From an uncultured virus (IMG/VR IMGVR_UViG_3300020048_000025) (lineage: Duplodnaviria > Heunggongvirae > Uroviricota > Caudoviricetes), in the IMG/VR virus record IMGVR_UViG_3300020048_000025: 64,000 bases of DNA; one strand, written 5' to 3'. Position numbers and translations under genes: made by a program. Each line of letters opens with the position of its first letter. The first letter of the stretch is position 1. The notes beneath the pieces were generated by a model. The model did not search any database. It saw only the letters and a list, made by a program, of their open reading frames with translations, and was not told where the DNA came from. Shown one piece after another: positions 51,756 through 59,928 of this stretch.

Positions 51756-51971
51756 ATGAACGTATATAAACTAACAACCGAACAAAAAGACCAGCTAGTT
51801 GGTCAAACTTGGAACGGAACAGCATTCTTTAACCCTACATTAGATGCAGATGGAAACTGGTTCATCTCAGCAGAAGAAGTAAACGGATGTACTCACCAAG
51901 GTGCAGCAGAATGGATCCATGATTTACCACAAATCCCCCACAACCCAGTAGTGAGCGAATTGCCATTCTAA
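51756..51971 (+). CDS. 71-aa cassette partner, copy 4
   Basis: Paralogue of 6056 and 39327. Confidence 0.75.
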   Translation: MNVYKLTTEQKDQLVGQTWNGTAFFNPTLDADGNWFISAEEVNGCTHQGAAEWIHDLPQIPHNPVVSELPF

Positions 51972-52051
51972 TTCAACCCACATTTCAAAAAAACATTTGG
52001 CTCCGCAAGGAGCCATTTGTATGTTTACACATAATTTAAAACAAAACATTT

Positions 52052-52198
52052 ATGTCAAAATCAACAACAAGACAACGAGTAGAAACATTGCAAGGATGGT
52101 TAGCATTCATCACCCGCAACACACCTAAAAAAACAACCCGCGTATCACACGAGAGCAAACCATCGCTAGATCAAATCATGCGCGAGCACAACAAATAA
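52052..52198 (+). CDS. 48-aa hypothetical protein (not in the ORF track)
   Basis: MSKSTTRQRVETLQGWL...REHNK between the promoter at 51997 and the AlaRS gene. Confidence 0.5.
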   Translation: MSKSTTRQRVETLQGWLAFITRNTPKKTTRVSHESKPSLDQIMREHNK

Positions 52199-52204
52199 AC
52201 GGCA

Positions 52205-53047
52205 ATGAAAGACATCCGCACACTGTACCAACAATACTGCGAATCCCATTCCATTCCATTCAGACACGACAACAAAGTAAACCCATACGATGATACTACA
52301 TTGTTTTGCCCAGCGGGAATGCAACAATTCAAACCGAAATTCAAAAACCCAGACAACACAACCACAGCAAACATACAATCATGTATACGTTTACAGGACA
52401 TTGCGGAAATCGGAGACGGTACACACTTGTTGCATTTCAACATGCTTGGATTGTTTTCATTTGGGGAAATGAACATGCAACAAGCGGTTGACTTTTGGAT
52501 GGACTTTATCACCCGTGTACTCGAAATCAAAGTAGACACAATCACCATCCACCCCCACAAACTAAACGAGTGGAAACACATGTACTCTGCATACCCACAC
52601 CTCAACATCACCACAGATACAGAATGTATCTGGTCAGATGGTGAGATGGGAGGCTACTGTACCGAATTCTACATAAACGGAGTGGAAATAGGCAACATAG
52701 TTAACACGTTAGATCAATTCATAGATGTTGGATTCGGCATGGAGCGACTTGAGCTCATGGTAAATGGCGAACAAGTAAAGTCAGCGCTGGATACGCTACG
52801 AGAAACAATCGAGCGCATCATCGACTCGGGCTACAAACCTGGCCCACAAAAACAAGGGTATATTTTGCGTAAATTGCTACGTGAACTGTATGTACAGGGC
52901 GGAGAAATGGAGCATCCATTTTTCACCCAAGAGGTGGAACGTCAAGCGAAAGCAAAAGCGCGCTATGAGCGATTGGTAGTTAAACACCCAGATATGCCAG
53001 TGGAATGGTGGTTCGATACACATGGAGTAGATTTAGATCTCTTGTAA
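52205..53047 (+). CDS. alaS: Minimal alanyl-tRNA synthetase (aminoacylation core and tRNA-recognition remnants; no editing or C-Ala domain)
   Basis: DTTLFCPAGMQQFK, QSCIR, FNMLGLFSFG, CTEFY, EIGNIV, IDVGFGMERL, GYILRKLLR and FDTHG follow the AlaRS motif order. Confidence 0.88.
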   Translation: MKDIRTLYQQYCESHSIPFRHDNKVNPYDDTTLFCPAGMQQFKPKFKNPDNTTTANIQSCIRLQDIAEIGDGTHLLHFNMLGLFSFGEMNMQQAVDFWMDFITRVLEIKVDTITIHPHKLNEWKHMYSAYPHLNITTDTECIWSDGEMGGYCTEFYINGVEIGNIVNTLDQFIDVGFGMERLELMVNGEQVKSALDTLRETIERIIDSGYKPGPQKQGYILRKLLRELYVQGGEMEHPFFTQEVERQAKAKARYERLVVKHPDMPVEWWFDTHGVDLDLL

Positions 53048-53099
53048 AAAAACGTGCCTTCCACATATGTATGTCGTATATTGGTTGAAAACACATTTA

Positions 53100-53176
53100 A
53101 AACATTAGCCCGAAGTACAAGGGAACGAAGACAGCGCAAGGCGGTCACTTAGGTGAGCAAAATGATGTTAATGTTT
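53100..53176 (+). ncRNA. Candidate structured small RNA
   Basis: AAACATTAGC/GTTAATGTTT closing stem around three small hairpins; own upstream promoter motif; no ORF. Confidence 0.35.
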
Positions 53177-53259
53177 GCATCACCGCACACTCGGCTCCAA
53201 AACGTAGGTTGGTACAGTTTGTATGTTCTGGGGGTATTTTTCAAAAAAAACATACACAT

Positions 53260-53334
53260 GCTCCGTTAGTGAAGCGGTTAACACGCTGCCCTTTCACGGC
53301 AGAGGCACGAATTCGAATTTCGTACGGAGTACCA
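53260..53334 (+). tRNA. tRNA-Glu (UUC), CCA encoded
   Basis: Acceptor GCTCCGT/ACGGAGT-A-CCA; anticodon arm CTGCC-CTTTCAC-GGCAG; TTCGAAT T-loop. Confidence 0.93.
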
Positions 53335-53460
53335 TCCCCCCTGTCGATAGTATCGGCAGGTCAAGATCCTGTGGTCACACCATTAGAACTGCTCACTGGA
53401 CTTTCTGGTGCAAGGGAAAGCAATGCGTCGCTCGAGCAACCATTGTATAACCTGCACCTC

Positions 53461-53504
53461 CCCCAACCATGCCTACAGACGTGTGGGTTTTGGTTGGGGT
53501 TTTT
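53461..53504 (+). terminator. Terminator closing the tRNA-Glu transcript
   Basis: CCCCAACCA...TGGTTGGGG plus a T run. Confidence 0.7.
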
Positions 53505-53519
53505 AATTTAATTCAATTT

Positions 53520-53618
53520 ATGATATTGTTAATTTATTTTGGGTTTGTTGGTTTAGTGTTAGTGTTAGCCGCGCTAGTGAAAGAACTCATCGAACGAATT
53601 AAAAAACGCTTGTTTTAG
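53520..53618 (+). CDS. 32-aa membrane peptide
   Basis: MILLIYFGFVGLVLVLAALVKELIERIKKRLF. Confidence 0.35.
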   Translation: MILLIYFGFVGLVLVLAALVKELIERIKKRLF

Positions 53619-53664
53619 CAAATCTCCATTCGTATATTGTGGTTATAATTAAAAAATTAAAGTT

Positions 53665-53943
53665 ATGAAACGAAACACATTCACCTATTTCTTGCTATTT
53701 TTGCGCAGAAATGGTTTTCTTTGCCGCACCCCACGCCGCAAACCATCCAAACTACTCATTTCCCACACTGTATACCCAGATGTGCAATTGTCCCCAATTG
53801 ACACTGAAGTACACGTGTACCTTCAAAACAAAAAGTCATCCGTGAAAAACTGCGTATTCAACGTAGCGATACGCTCTTGTGTGTGCGGTATATCATTGGA
53901 CAAATTTGGAGAAAAAGGTTGCCCGAACAAGTCAAACAAGTAG
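53665..53943 (+). CDS. Hypothetical protein
   Basis: 92-aa ORF after the promoter at 53610. Confidence 0.45.
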   Translation: MKRNTFTYFLLFLRRNGFLCRTPRRKPSKLLISHTVYPDVQLSPIDTEVHVYLQNKKSSVKNCVFNVAIRSCVCGISLDKFGEKGCPNKSNK

Positions 53944-54042
53944 AATATTTATACGTAAACATCTAGCTATATGGAGGTAACACACATGGTATTAGCCGAA
54001 TATTTGTTAGATTATATAGTTAGACACCCAAACTAAACATGT

Positions 54043-54423
54043 ATGAAGGACAAAATACTACTCATTGACATTGACGGAACTATATGCTGCGATATCCGCA
54101 ACGAAGACTCGCATTTATTCCCAGACGCTAAACCATTCGAAGGTGCAACAGAGCACATTAACCGATGGTTCGAAAACGGTAACACAATCATATTTTTCAC
54201 TGCACGTGAAGAAAAAGACCGCACCGTTACCACCCAGTGGCTACACGACAATGGATTCAAGTTCCATAATTTAATCATGGACAAACCACGATGCAAAGAC
54301 GGGCAAGAATACGTGTGGATAGACAACAGACCTGTCCGCGCAGTAACATACAAGGGCATGTGGGGTGAATTTGTACCACAAACGCACATGATCATGACCT
54401 TTGGAAACATATCAAGTAACTAA
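54043..54423 (+). CDS. HAD-superfamily phosphatase
   Basis: LIDIDGT, FFTAR, MDKPR and WIDNR motifs. Confidence 0.85.
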   Translation: MKDKILLIDIDGTICCDIRNEDSHLFPDAKPFEGATEHINRWFENGNTIIFFTAREEKDRTVTTQWLHDNGFKFHNLIMDKPRCKDGQEYVWIDNRPVRAVTYKGMWGEFVPQTHMIMTFGNISSN

Positions 54424-54437
54424 TAAACCAATATAAT

Positions 54438-54773
54438 ATGAAATCAGTTTTGAACAAGGAAAACGTTGTATCAACGTTGAACAAGGTAAAGCAATATGCC
54501 ATTATTGCCGTTGCACTTACAATTGGATTTTTCGTGGGCAATTACACTCACAAAATCGAGTTATCCACCAAGATGTCAAAAAATACATACCGCGATAATC
54601 CATATCGCAACATGCGTTCTACAAAGGATATTTCCATTGCAGTAGATGAACACAACGAATTGTTGCTCATCAATAAGCAAACTGGAAAATACCAGGTGTA
54701 TTCAGACTCAATTGGCATGTGTATATTCAGAATGTACTCGTACCGAATTTACCAAAAAGCAACACAACAATGA
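54438..54773 (+). CDS. Membrane-anchored hypothetical protein
   Basis: One transmembrane segment near the N-terminus. Confidence 0.6.
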   Translation: MKSVLNKENVVSTLNKVKQYAIIAVALTIGFFVGNYTHKIELSTKMSKNTYRDNPYRNMRSTKDISIAVDEHNELLLINKQTGKYQVYSDSIGMCIFRMYSYRIYQKATQQ

Positions 54774-55303
54774 AACAAATCAAATTTTTACTAGTGGCCA
54801 CCATGGTTATGGTGGTACTGGTAGCATCCATGAAACCCCACCCCAAAACACCGGCGGATTCAATCAAAACAACCCTACCAACACACAAAAACCCACCTAC
54901 ACACAAAGATCCACCGTGTCTTCAAATGTACTACCACATTGAGCGATACGCGGATTCATTCAAAATACCAAAGCGATTCGCATATGGTATTGCGTACAGT
55001 GAAACCCGATACGAGGGTCCATTTCACTGGGCATACAACCATTCCAGGTCATCCGGTTCGGGTGCATATGGTCCTATGCAGATATTGCTTTCAACCGCAT
55101 ATAGTGTGAACAAGGAAAGAGTAACGGTACACAAGTTACGCAACGACATTGACTACAATGTAATGACATCAATGAAATTGTTGCGCAAGTTAAACAACAA
55201 ATACAGGGACTGGAAAACCACATTTGGTGCATATAACTGTGGCTATCCTTGTGTAAACGGATATGCAATTAAAATATATAATCATAGAATACAATGGAAG
55301 TAA
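54770..55303 (+). CDS. Secreted lytic transglycosylase (SLT domain)
   Basis: Signal/anchor MKQIKFLLVATMVMVVL; IAYSET, GAYGPMQI and AYNCG. Confidence 0.8.
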   Translation: MKQIKFLLVATMVMVVLVASMKPHPKTPADSIKTTLPTHKNPPTHKDPPCLQMYYHIERYADSFKIPKRFAYGIAYSETRYEGPFHWAYNHSRSSGSGAYGPMQILLSTAYSVNKERVTVHKLRNDIDYNVMTSMKLLRKLNNKYRDWKTTFGAYNCGYPCVNGYAIKIYNHRIQWK

Positions 55304-55548
55304 AAAAAGTAGTGTGCGTAGATGACAATAATCTACCAGAGGGAGCGTATCTAATGTTTGACATGGAATACGAAGTGGAACACGAATACGTGAACGCGTT
55401 AGATCAGCGCGTATACATTATTAAAGGCGCAGTAAACGAAGGAACCACCAAGTGGGGCATGCGATGGATGGGCTATCGAGCAGATCGCTTCAGATGCGTT
55501 GAATACGATTACGCGGAAAGTTATGAACACAATTACGCATTAAATTAA
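55294..55548 (+). CDS. Hypothetical protein
   Basis: 84-aa ORF (KVVCVDD...YRADRF). Confidence 0.55.
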   Translation: MEVKKVVCVDDNNLPEGAYLMFDMEYEVEHEYVNALDQRVYIIKGAVNEGTTKWGMRWMGYRADRFRCVEYDYAESYEHNYALN

Positions 55549-55670
55549 AAAACCTAGGCTCCGTAACGGAGCCTTTGTATATTCAATTAAAAATTAAAGT
55601 TATATGAAAAAAATAGAGTAATTTTATACAAGGGTATACTTTGGTATACCTCTAACATATTTATAATAAA

Positions 55671-55814
55671 ATGAAAAAATCAATTATCATCAACGAAGAA
55701 GTACATTTTCAATTGAAACAATATTGTGATGAGAATGGCTTAAAATTGCAAAAATTGGTCGAACAAATTATTATTAAATATGTTGGAAATGGAAGCAAAA
55801 AAAGAAAAATATAG
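55671..55814 (+). CDS. 47-aa ribbon-helix-helix-like DNA-binding protein (not in the ORF track)
   Basis: MKKSIIINEEVHFQLKQYCDENGLKLQKLVEQII: beta strand then helix-G-helix pattern; late motif at 55657. Confidence 0.6.
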   Translation: MKKSIIINEEVHFQLKQYCDENGLKLQKLVEQIIIKYVGNGSKKRKI

Positions 55815-56442
55815 CACGGTATACATATATTACCTTCATTTAGGAGATAATATTCCATTTTATGTAGGAAAATCGGTTTCCCCAACTTCTAGAAGAAATG
55901 ACCATGTTCATAGAAAATTAATCCCTAATCACGATTGTTTTTGCATTATAGATCAGTTTCCTGAACATGAGTGGAAATACTGGGAACGGTTTTATATAGG
56001 ATTATTTAAATCATGGGGGTTTGCACTAACCAATAAAAATGATGGTGGTGGGGGGTTAACTAAACATAATCATGATTCTATAAGTAAAATCTCACAATCA
56101 ATGACTGGAAAAGTTATGTCAGATGATACTAAAAATAAAATGAGTAATAGTGCTAAAGGAAGAAAAAACACTCCTGAACAAAAACAAAAACTTTCATCTA
56201 GTTTACAAAAATACTACTCCCAAAACCCTGGTTCATTTTCCGGGAAGACTCATTCACCTGAAACCTTGGAAAAAATATGCAAACCTGTTGTAGCCTTAAA
56301 AAATGGAGTTATTGTTGAAGAATATGCATCATTAAAAGAGGCAGGAAAAGCACATAAATCCCATAGCGGAAATATAATTAAATATATGAGAGAAGGAAAG
56401 CTATATCACGGAATGGAATGGAAATACAAACATCAATTATAA
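55780..56442 (+). mobile_element. Free-standing GIY-YIG homing endonuclease with NUMOD3-type repeats
   Basis: VYIY...FYVGKS, WERFYI, LTN...GG, and GK.(M/H)S.(D/E)T..K repeats; start may be ATG 55789. Confidence 0.85.
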
Positions 56443-56452
56443 ACTTAAACAC

Positions 56453-57247
56453 ATGAACAAAATTAAAGTTAGCCACGAAACACCTTTTTGCCTGTTGGAG
56501 AAAAGTCTCGAATTTTGCGACTACCAATATGCACTTCCTCACCTGTTAGAGGGTAATAAAACATATCGTAACTTTTTCTTCAAATGTCAAAAAGACGGCG
56601 TCGAAATATACCTCGACAATTCATTGCATGAACTTTCATACGCGTTAGACGATATGACCCTAATGAAATGGGCAAACATACTAATGCCATCCACATTTTT
56701 CGTTCCGGACGTGTGGGAAGACTACGATGGTTCAGTTGTAAACGCAAGACGATGGGCAAAATTACCCGTTCCTATCCAAACCACAAAATGTGCTGTAGTT
56801 CAAGCAAAATCGTTGCACGAGGCAATGTTGTGCGTACAAGTATACCGTGATTTAGGTTACCAAAAATTCGCATTCTCGTATGGCGCATCATACTACAATG
56901 ATTTATGCTCACACCCAAACAAAGACTTCGGCAAAGCAATTGGGCGATTCATGGCTATATCCAGAATGCACGAAGAGGGAATATTGCGCGATTCAGATCG
57001 TGTACACTTGCTAGGCACTGCATTCCCATACGAATTTGGGCTATACAAAGACATACCATTCATCGAATCAATCGATACATCAAACCCAGTTATGGCCACA
57101 CTTGAGGGCTCCATTTACACTGACATGGGCTTAACCAAAAAACCAGTGGCAAATATGAACAATTTTCAAGACATACACATTGATGATGTAAACCTGGATT
57201 TACTCGAGTACAATGTGCGTAGATTTCGCGAAATCAATGGTCTCTAA
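56453..57247 (+). CDS. dpdA: TGT-fold protein, putative DNA 7-deazaguanine transglycosylase (DpdA-like)
   Basis: YLDNS..EL, PDV, VVQ, VHLLG and SIDTS motifs of TGT/DpdA-like barrels; heads the queC/D/E-folE cluster. Confidence 0.6.
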   Translation: MNKIKVSHETPFCLLEKSLEFCDYQYALPHLLEGNKTYRNFFFKCQKDGVEIYLDNSLHELSYALDDMTLMKWANILMPSTFFVPDVWEDYDGSVVNARRWAKLPVPIQTTKCAVVQAKSLHEAMLCVQVYRDLGYQKFAFSYGASYYNDLCSHPNKDFGKAIGRFMAISRMHEEGILRDSDRVHLLGTAFPYEFGLYKDIPFIESIDTSNPVMATLEGSIYTDMGLTKKPVANMNNFQDIHIDDVNLDLLEYNVRRFREINGL

Positions 57248-57303
57248 TTTGGAGACCATATATTTAATTCGTATATTCAATCAAATTTAAAACAATAAAA
57301 GTT

Positions 57304-57558
57304 ATGGAAGAAAGAGAAACATTTTTGTCGTTGTACGACTATTTAGGTAAAGCAGCTGGACCTGAACTTGGAAGAAAAGTAGCAGCAGCAGCTAGAAAAT
57401 CGCGTTTGAGCTTAAAAACACGCGCTGTATCTAACCCAACATACGCTGGATTCGTGTATTTGTACCCGAAAGATTTCCTGGACGCATTCTTTGCTGAACC
57501 GGAACCAATGGATTCATTCGATTTGGGTGATATGCAAGACTATGATTTACCATTTTAA
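57304..57558 (+). CDS. Hypothetical protein
   Basis: 84-aa ORF after the promoter at 57249. Confidence 0.6.
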   Translation: MEERETFLSLYDYLGKAAGPELGRKVAAAARKSRLSLKTRAVSNPTYAGFVYLYPKDFLDAFFAEPEPMDSFDLGDMQDYDLPF

Positions 57559-57576
57559 ACTATATATCAATTACAT

Positions 57577-58383
57577 ATGAAACAAGAAAAAAAACATGCA
57601 GTAGTTAGCCTTAGTGGTGGTTTAGATTCAAGCACATTATTACTTCGTTGTTTAAAAGAATACACTACAGTAACCGCTATTTCATTTGACTATGGTCAAA
57701 AACATAGAGTAGAATTGGAACGCGCTCAAGCGTTAGTAAACTACTTGAACTCAAAAGAAGACATATGCATTAATTATCGCGTAATTAAATTAGATGGTTT
57801 AGTTGATTTACTCAACTCTACATTAGTAGCTGGTGGAGACGATGTGCCAGAAGGTCATTATGCTGAGGAAAACATGCGCGCTACGGTAGTTCCAAACCGC
57901 AACAAGATATTCTCTTCTATCACTCAAGCAATTGCTTTATCCGTAGCAGATAGAACTGGTGAAAAATGTGATATTGCGTTAGGGTTACATAGCGGCGACC
58001 ACGCAGTTTATTTAGACACTACTGAAGAATTTAGACAAGCCGATACACATGCATTTAAAATAGGGAATTGGGGCTCAGAAAACGTTGGTTTCTTCACCCC
58101 ATATATGGAGGGAGACAAATTCACCATCCTACAAGATGGTGAAACACTATGTAGCGATTTAGGTTTGGAATTCAATGAGGTGTACAAACGTACAAACACA
58201 TCATACAAACCATACCCATCTGGTAATTCAGACTACAAATCAGCATCTAGTGTTGAGCGCATTGAAGCATTCATCAAATTAGGCAAACCAGATCCAGTGC
58301 AATACGAAGACGAAACAGGTGAGGTAAGTTGGGAGGTAGCCCGAACACATGCAGAACATATTTTATCCACTCACAATTCATAA
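57577..58383 (+). CDS. queC: 7-cyano-7-deazaguanine synthase
   Basis: SGGLDSST PP-loop, FDYGQKH..EL, TVVPNRN and H.GDHAVY. Confidence 0.92.
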   Translation: MKQEKKHAVVSLSGGLDSSTLLLRCLKEYTTVTAISFDYGQKHRVELERAQALVNYLNSKEDICINYRVIKLDGLVDLLNSTLVAGGDDVPEGHYAEENMRATVVPNRNKIFSSITQAIALSVADRTGEKCDIALGLHSGDHAVYLDTTEEFRQADTHAFKIGNWGSENVGFFTPYMEGDKFTILQDGETLCSDLGLEFNEVYKRTNTSYKPYPSGNSDYKSASSVERIEAFIKLGKPDPVQYEDETGEVSWEVARTHAEHILSTHNS

Positions 58384-58385
58384 AC

Positions 58386-58934
58386 ATGATTAAACTCACC
58401 GATCTTCTCAAATCCATACTACCACCACATCGCAATCCAAACCATTTCATAATCGAAAGCAAACAAGTAGTACGCGAAATCACACTTCAACCAGAAAATT
58501 CATACGAAGTAACATACGAGAAAGACGGTGGGTATTTTTCAACAGGTGATGTTGAATACACATTCAACATAAACGAGCTCCCCAACCAATTTGTATTCCC
58601 TGGCGATCCATCCCAAACCGAATTTGTTGGTGGGATGTTAGATATAGGTTTTACCCCAACCGGAGATAATTTAACCGAACCAAAAGGTGGGAGGGAGAAT
58701 TTAATCAAAATATACTCAACCATATTCAAAGTAATATTGGATGTAGCATCAAAATATAAACCAACATACCTGTCCATTTCATGCACTGATTCAAGTGGAT
58801 ATTTCCCCATATATTCCCAGCTAACCAAAACAAACAAAATACCTGGGTACCATAGGAAAATAGTTATATCGTGGAAACACTACCAATTAAGCAACATGCA
58901 CACCATAGTTTTAACCAAAAATAATTTAAAATGA
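58386..58934 (+). CDS. Hypothetical protein
   Basis: Likely start ATG 58386 (MIKLTDLLK). Confidence 0.55.
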   Translation: MIKLTDLLKSILPPHRNPNHFIIESKQVVREITLQPENSYEVTYEKDGGYFSTGDVEYTFNINELPNQFVFPGDPSQTEFVGGMLDIGFTPTGDNLTEPKGGRENLIKIYSTIFKVILDVASKYKPTYLSISCTDSSGYFPIYSQLTKTNKIPGYHRKIVISWKHYQLSNMHTIVLTKNNLK

Positions 58935-59086
58935 ACCAACCAGACCCAAAAATGCACCAAATCGTTAGCTTCGTGAAATCCGGAGCACGTATAGTCGGAT
59001 ACGCGTTGATCTTAGTAGACATCAACATGGCCGTATCTACATTAGTATTATCCGAATTAATCGGCATTGTAGAAGAACTTGTATAG
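58931..59086 (+). CDS. 51-aa membrane protein (not in the ORF track)
   Basis: MNQPDPKMHQIVSFVKSGARIVGY...ELIGIVEELV. Confidence 0.55.
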   Translation: MNQPDPKMHQIVSFVKSGARIVGYALILVDINMAVSTLVLSELIGIVEELV

Positions 59087-59133
59087 TTCAAACATTATTC
59101 GTAAATTTGTAACAAAATTAAAAAACAAACAAT

Positions 59134-59603
59134 ATGACACAGTTTAAATCCTCAAAATTATACGATGGGTACTCTGCATGCTTTAGACAATGGCGTGCAA
59201 CGGGTACCCATTGTTAGGTAGGTTCGTTCACGGATACGCGATTTCGTTTCGCGTATGGTTCGAAGGCGAGCTAGATCACCGCAATTGGGTAATGGATTTT
59301 GGAGCAGCAAAACGCGCTAAACATACCATTGAGGGTATGAACCCAAAAGACTATTTCACCTACCTACTAGACCACACAACCATTATCGCTGAAGACGATC
59401 CGTACTTGGACAAATTTAAGCAAATGGATGCTGATGGTATTCTCCAGCTACGAATCCTCCCTAGTGTTGGGTGTGAACGTTTCGCTGAACACTTATACAA
59501 TGTAATCAACACTTGGTCCCTAGCTGAAACCGAAGGACGTGTTCGCGTAGTTAAAGTAGAAGTGTATGAACATGAGCGTAATTCATCATCATATGAAGGA
59601 TAG
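59134..59603 (+). pseudogene. queD: 6-carboxytetrahydropterin synthase, interrupted by a frameshift and TAG
   Basis: ATG 59134 reads MTQFKSSKLYDGYSACFRQWRATGTHC then TAG (59215-59217); RFVHGY...DF...LDH...CERFAE...EVYE continues in another frame. Confidence 0.8.
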
Positions 59604-59657
59604 TTACTGGACAACATCCACCACTTTTGGTGATGTAATAATCAATTATGTAATTAA

Positions 59658-59900
59658 ATGAAACAACTAATTTACTTTTACGGTACATTTTGCAACCCTT
59701 GCAAATCATTCCGCCCCACCATCGACGCCCTAAGCAGAGAATACCCAGTGCGATATGTTGATGTCGATCAAGAACCACAACTTGTGGCAGAACACGGAAT
59801 CCGCTCAGTGCCTACTGTGGTGGTAGTGCAAAATGGCCGCCCAGTTGGAAAACAATCGGGCGTACTGACGGAAGGTCAGTTGCGTGGTATGTTAAATTAA
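59658..59900 (+). CDS. Thioredoxin-like protein
   Basis: FCNPCK, VDVD and IRSVPT. Confidence 0.88.
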   Translation: MKQLIYFYGTFCNPCKSFRPTIDALSREYPVRYVDVDQEPQLVAEHGIRSVPTVVVVQNGRPVGKQSGVLTEGQLRGMLN

Positions 59901-59905
59901 AATAG

Positions 59906-59928
59906 GGCCCCAAATAGGGGCCATTTTT
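59906..59928 (+). terminator. Rho-independent terminator
   Basis: GGCCCC-AAATA-GGGGCC-ATTTTT. Confidence 0.65.

Noticed and set aside
53209..53511. 100-aa and 75-aa ORFs
   Set aside because: They overlap tRNA-Glu and structured RNA and have no protein-like features
59215..59217. TAG in queD as evidence of stop-codon reassignment
   Set aside because: Readthrough alone would not restore the frame, other genes end normally at TAG, and coding density is high under the standard code
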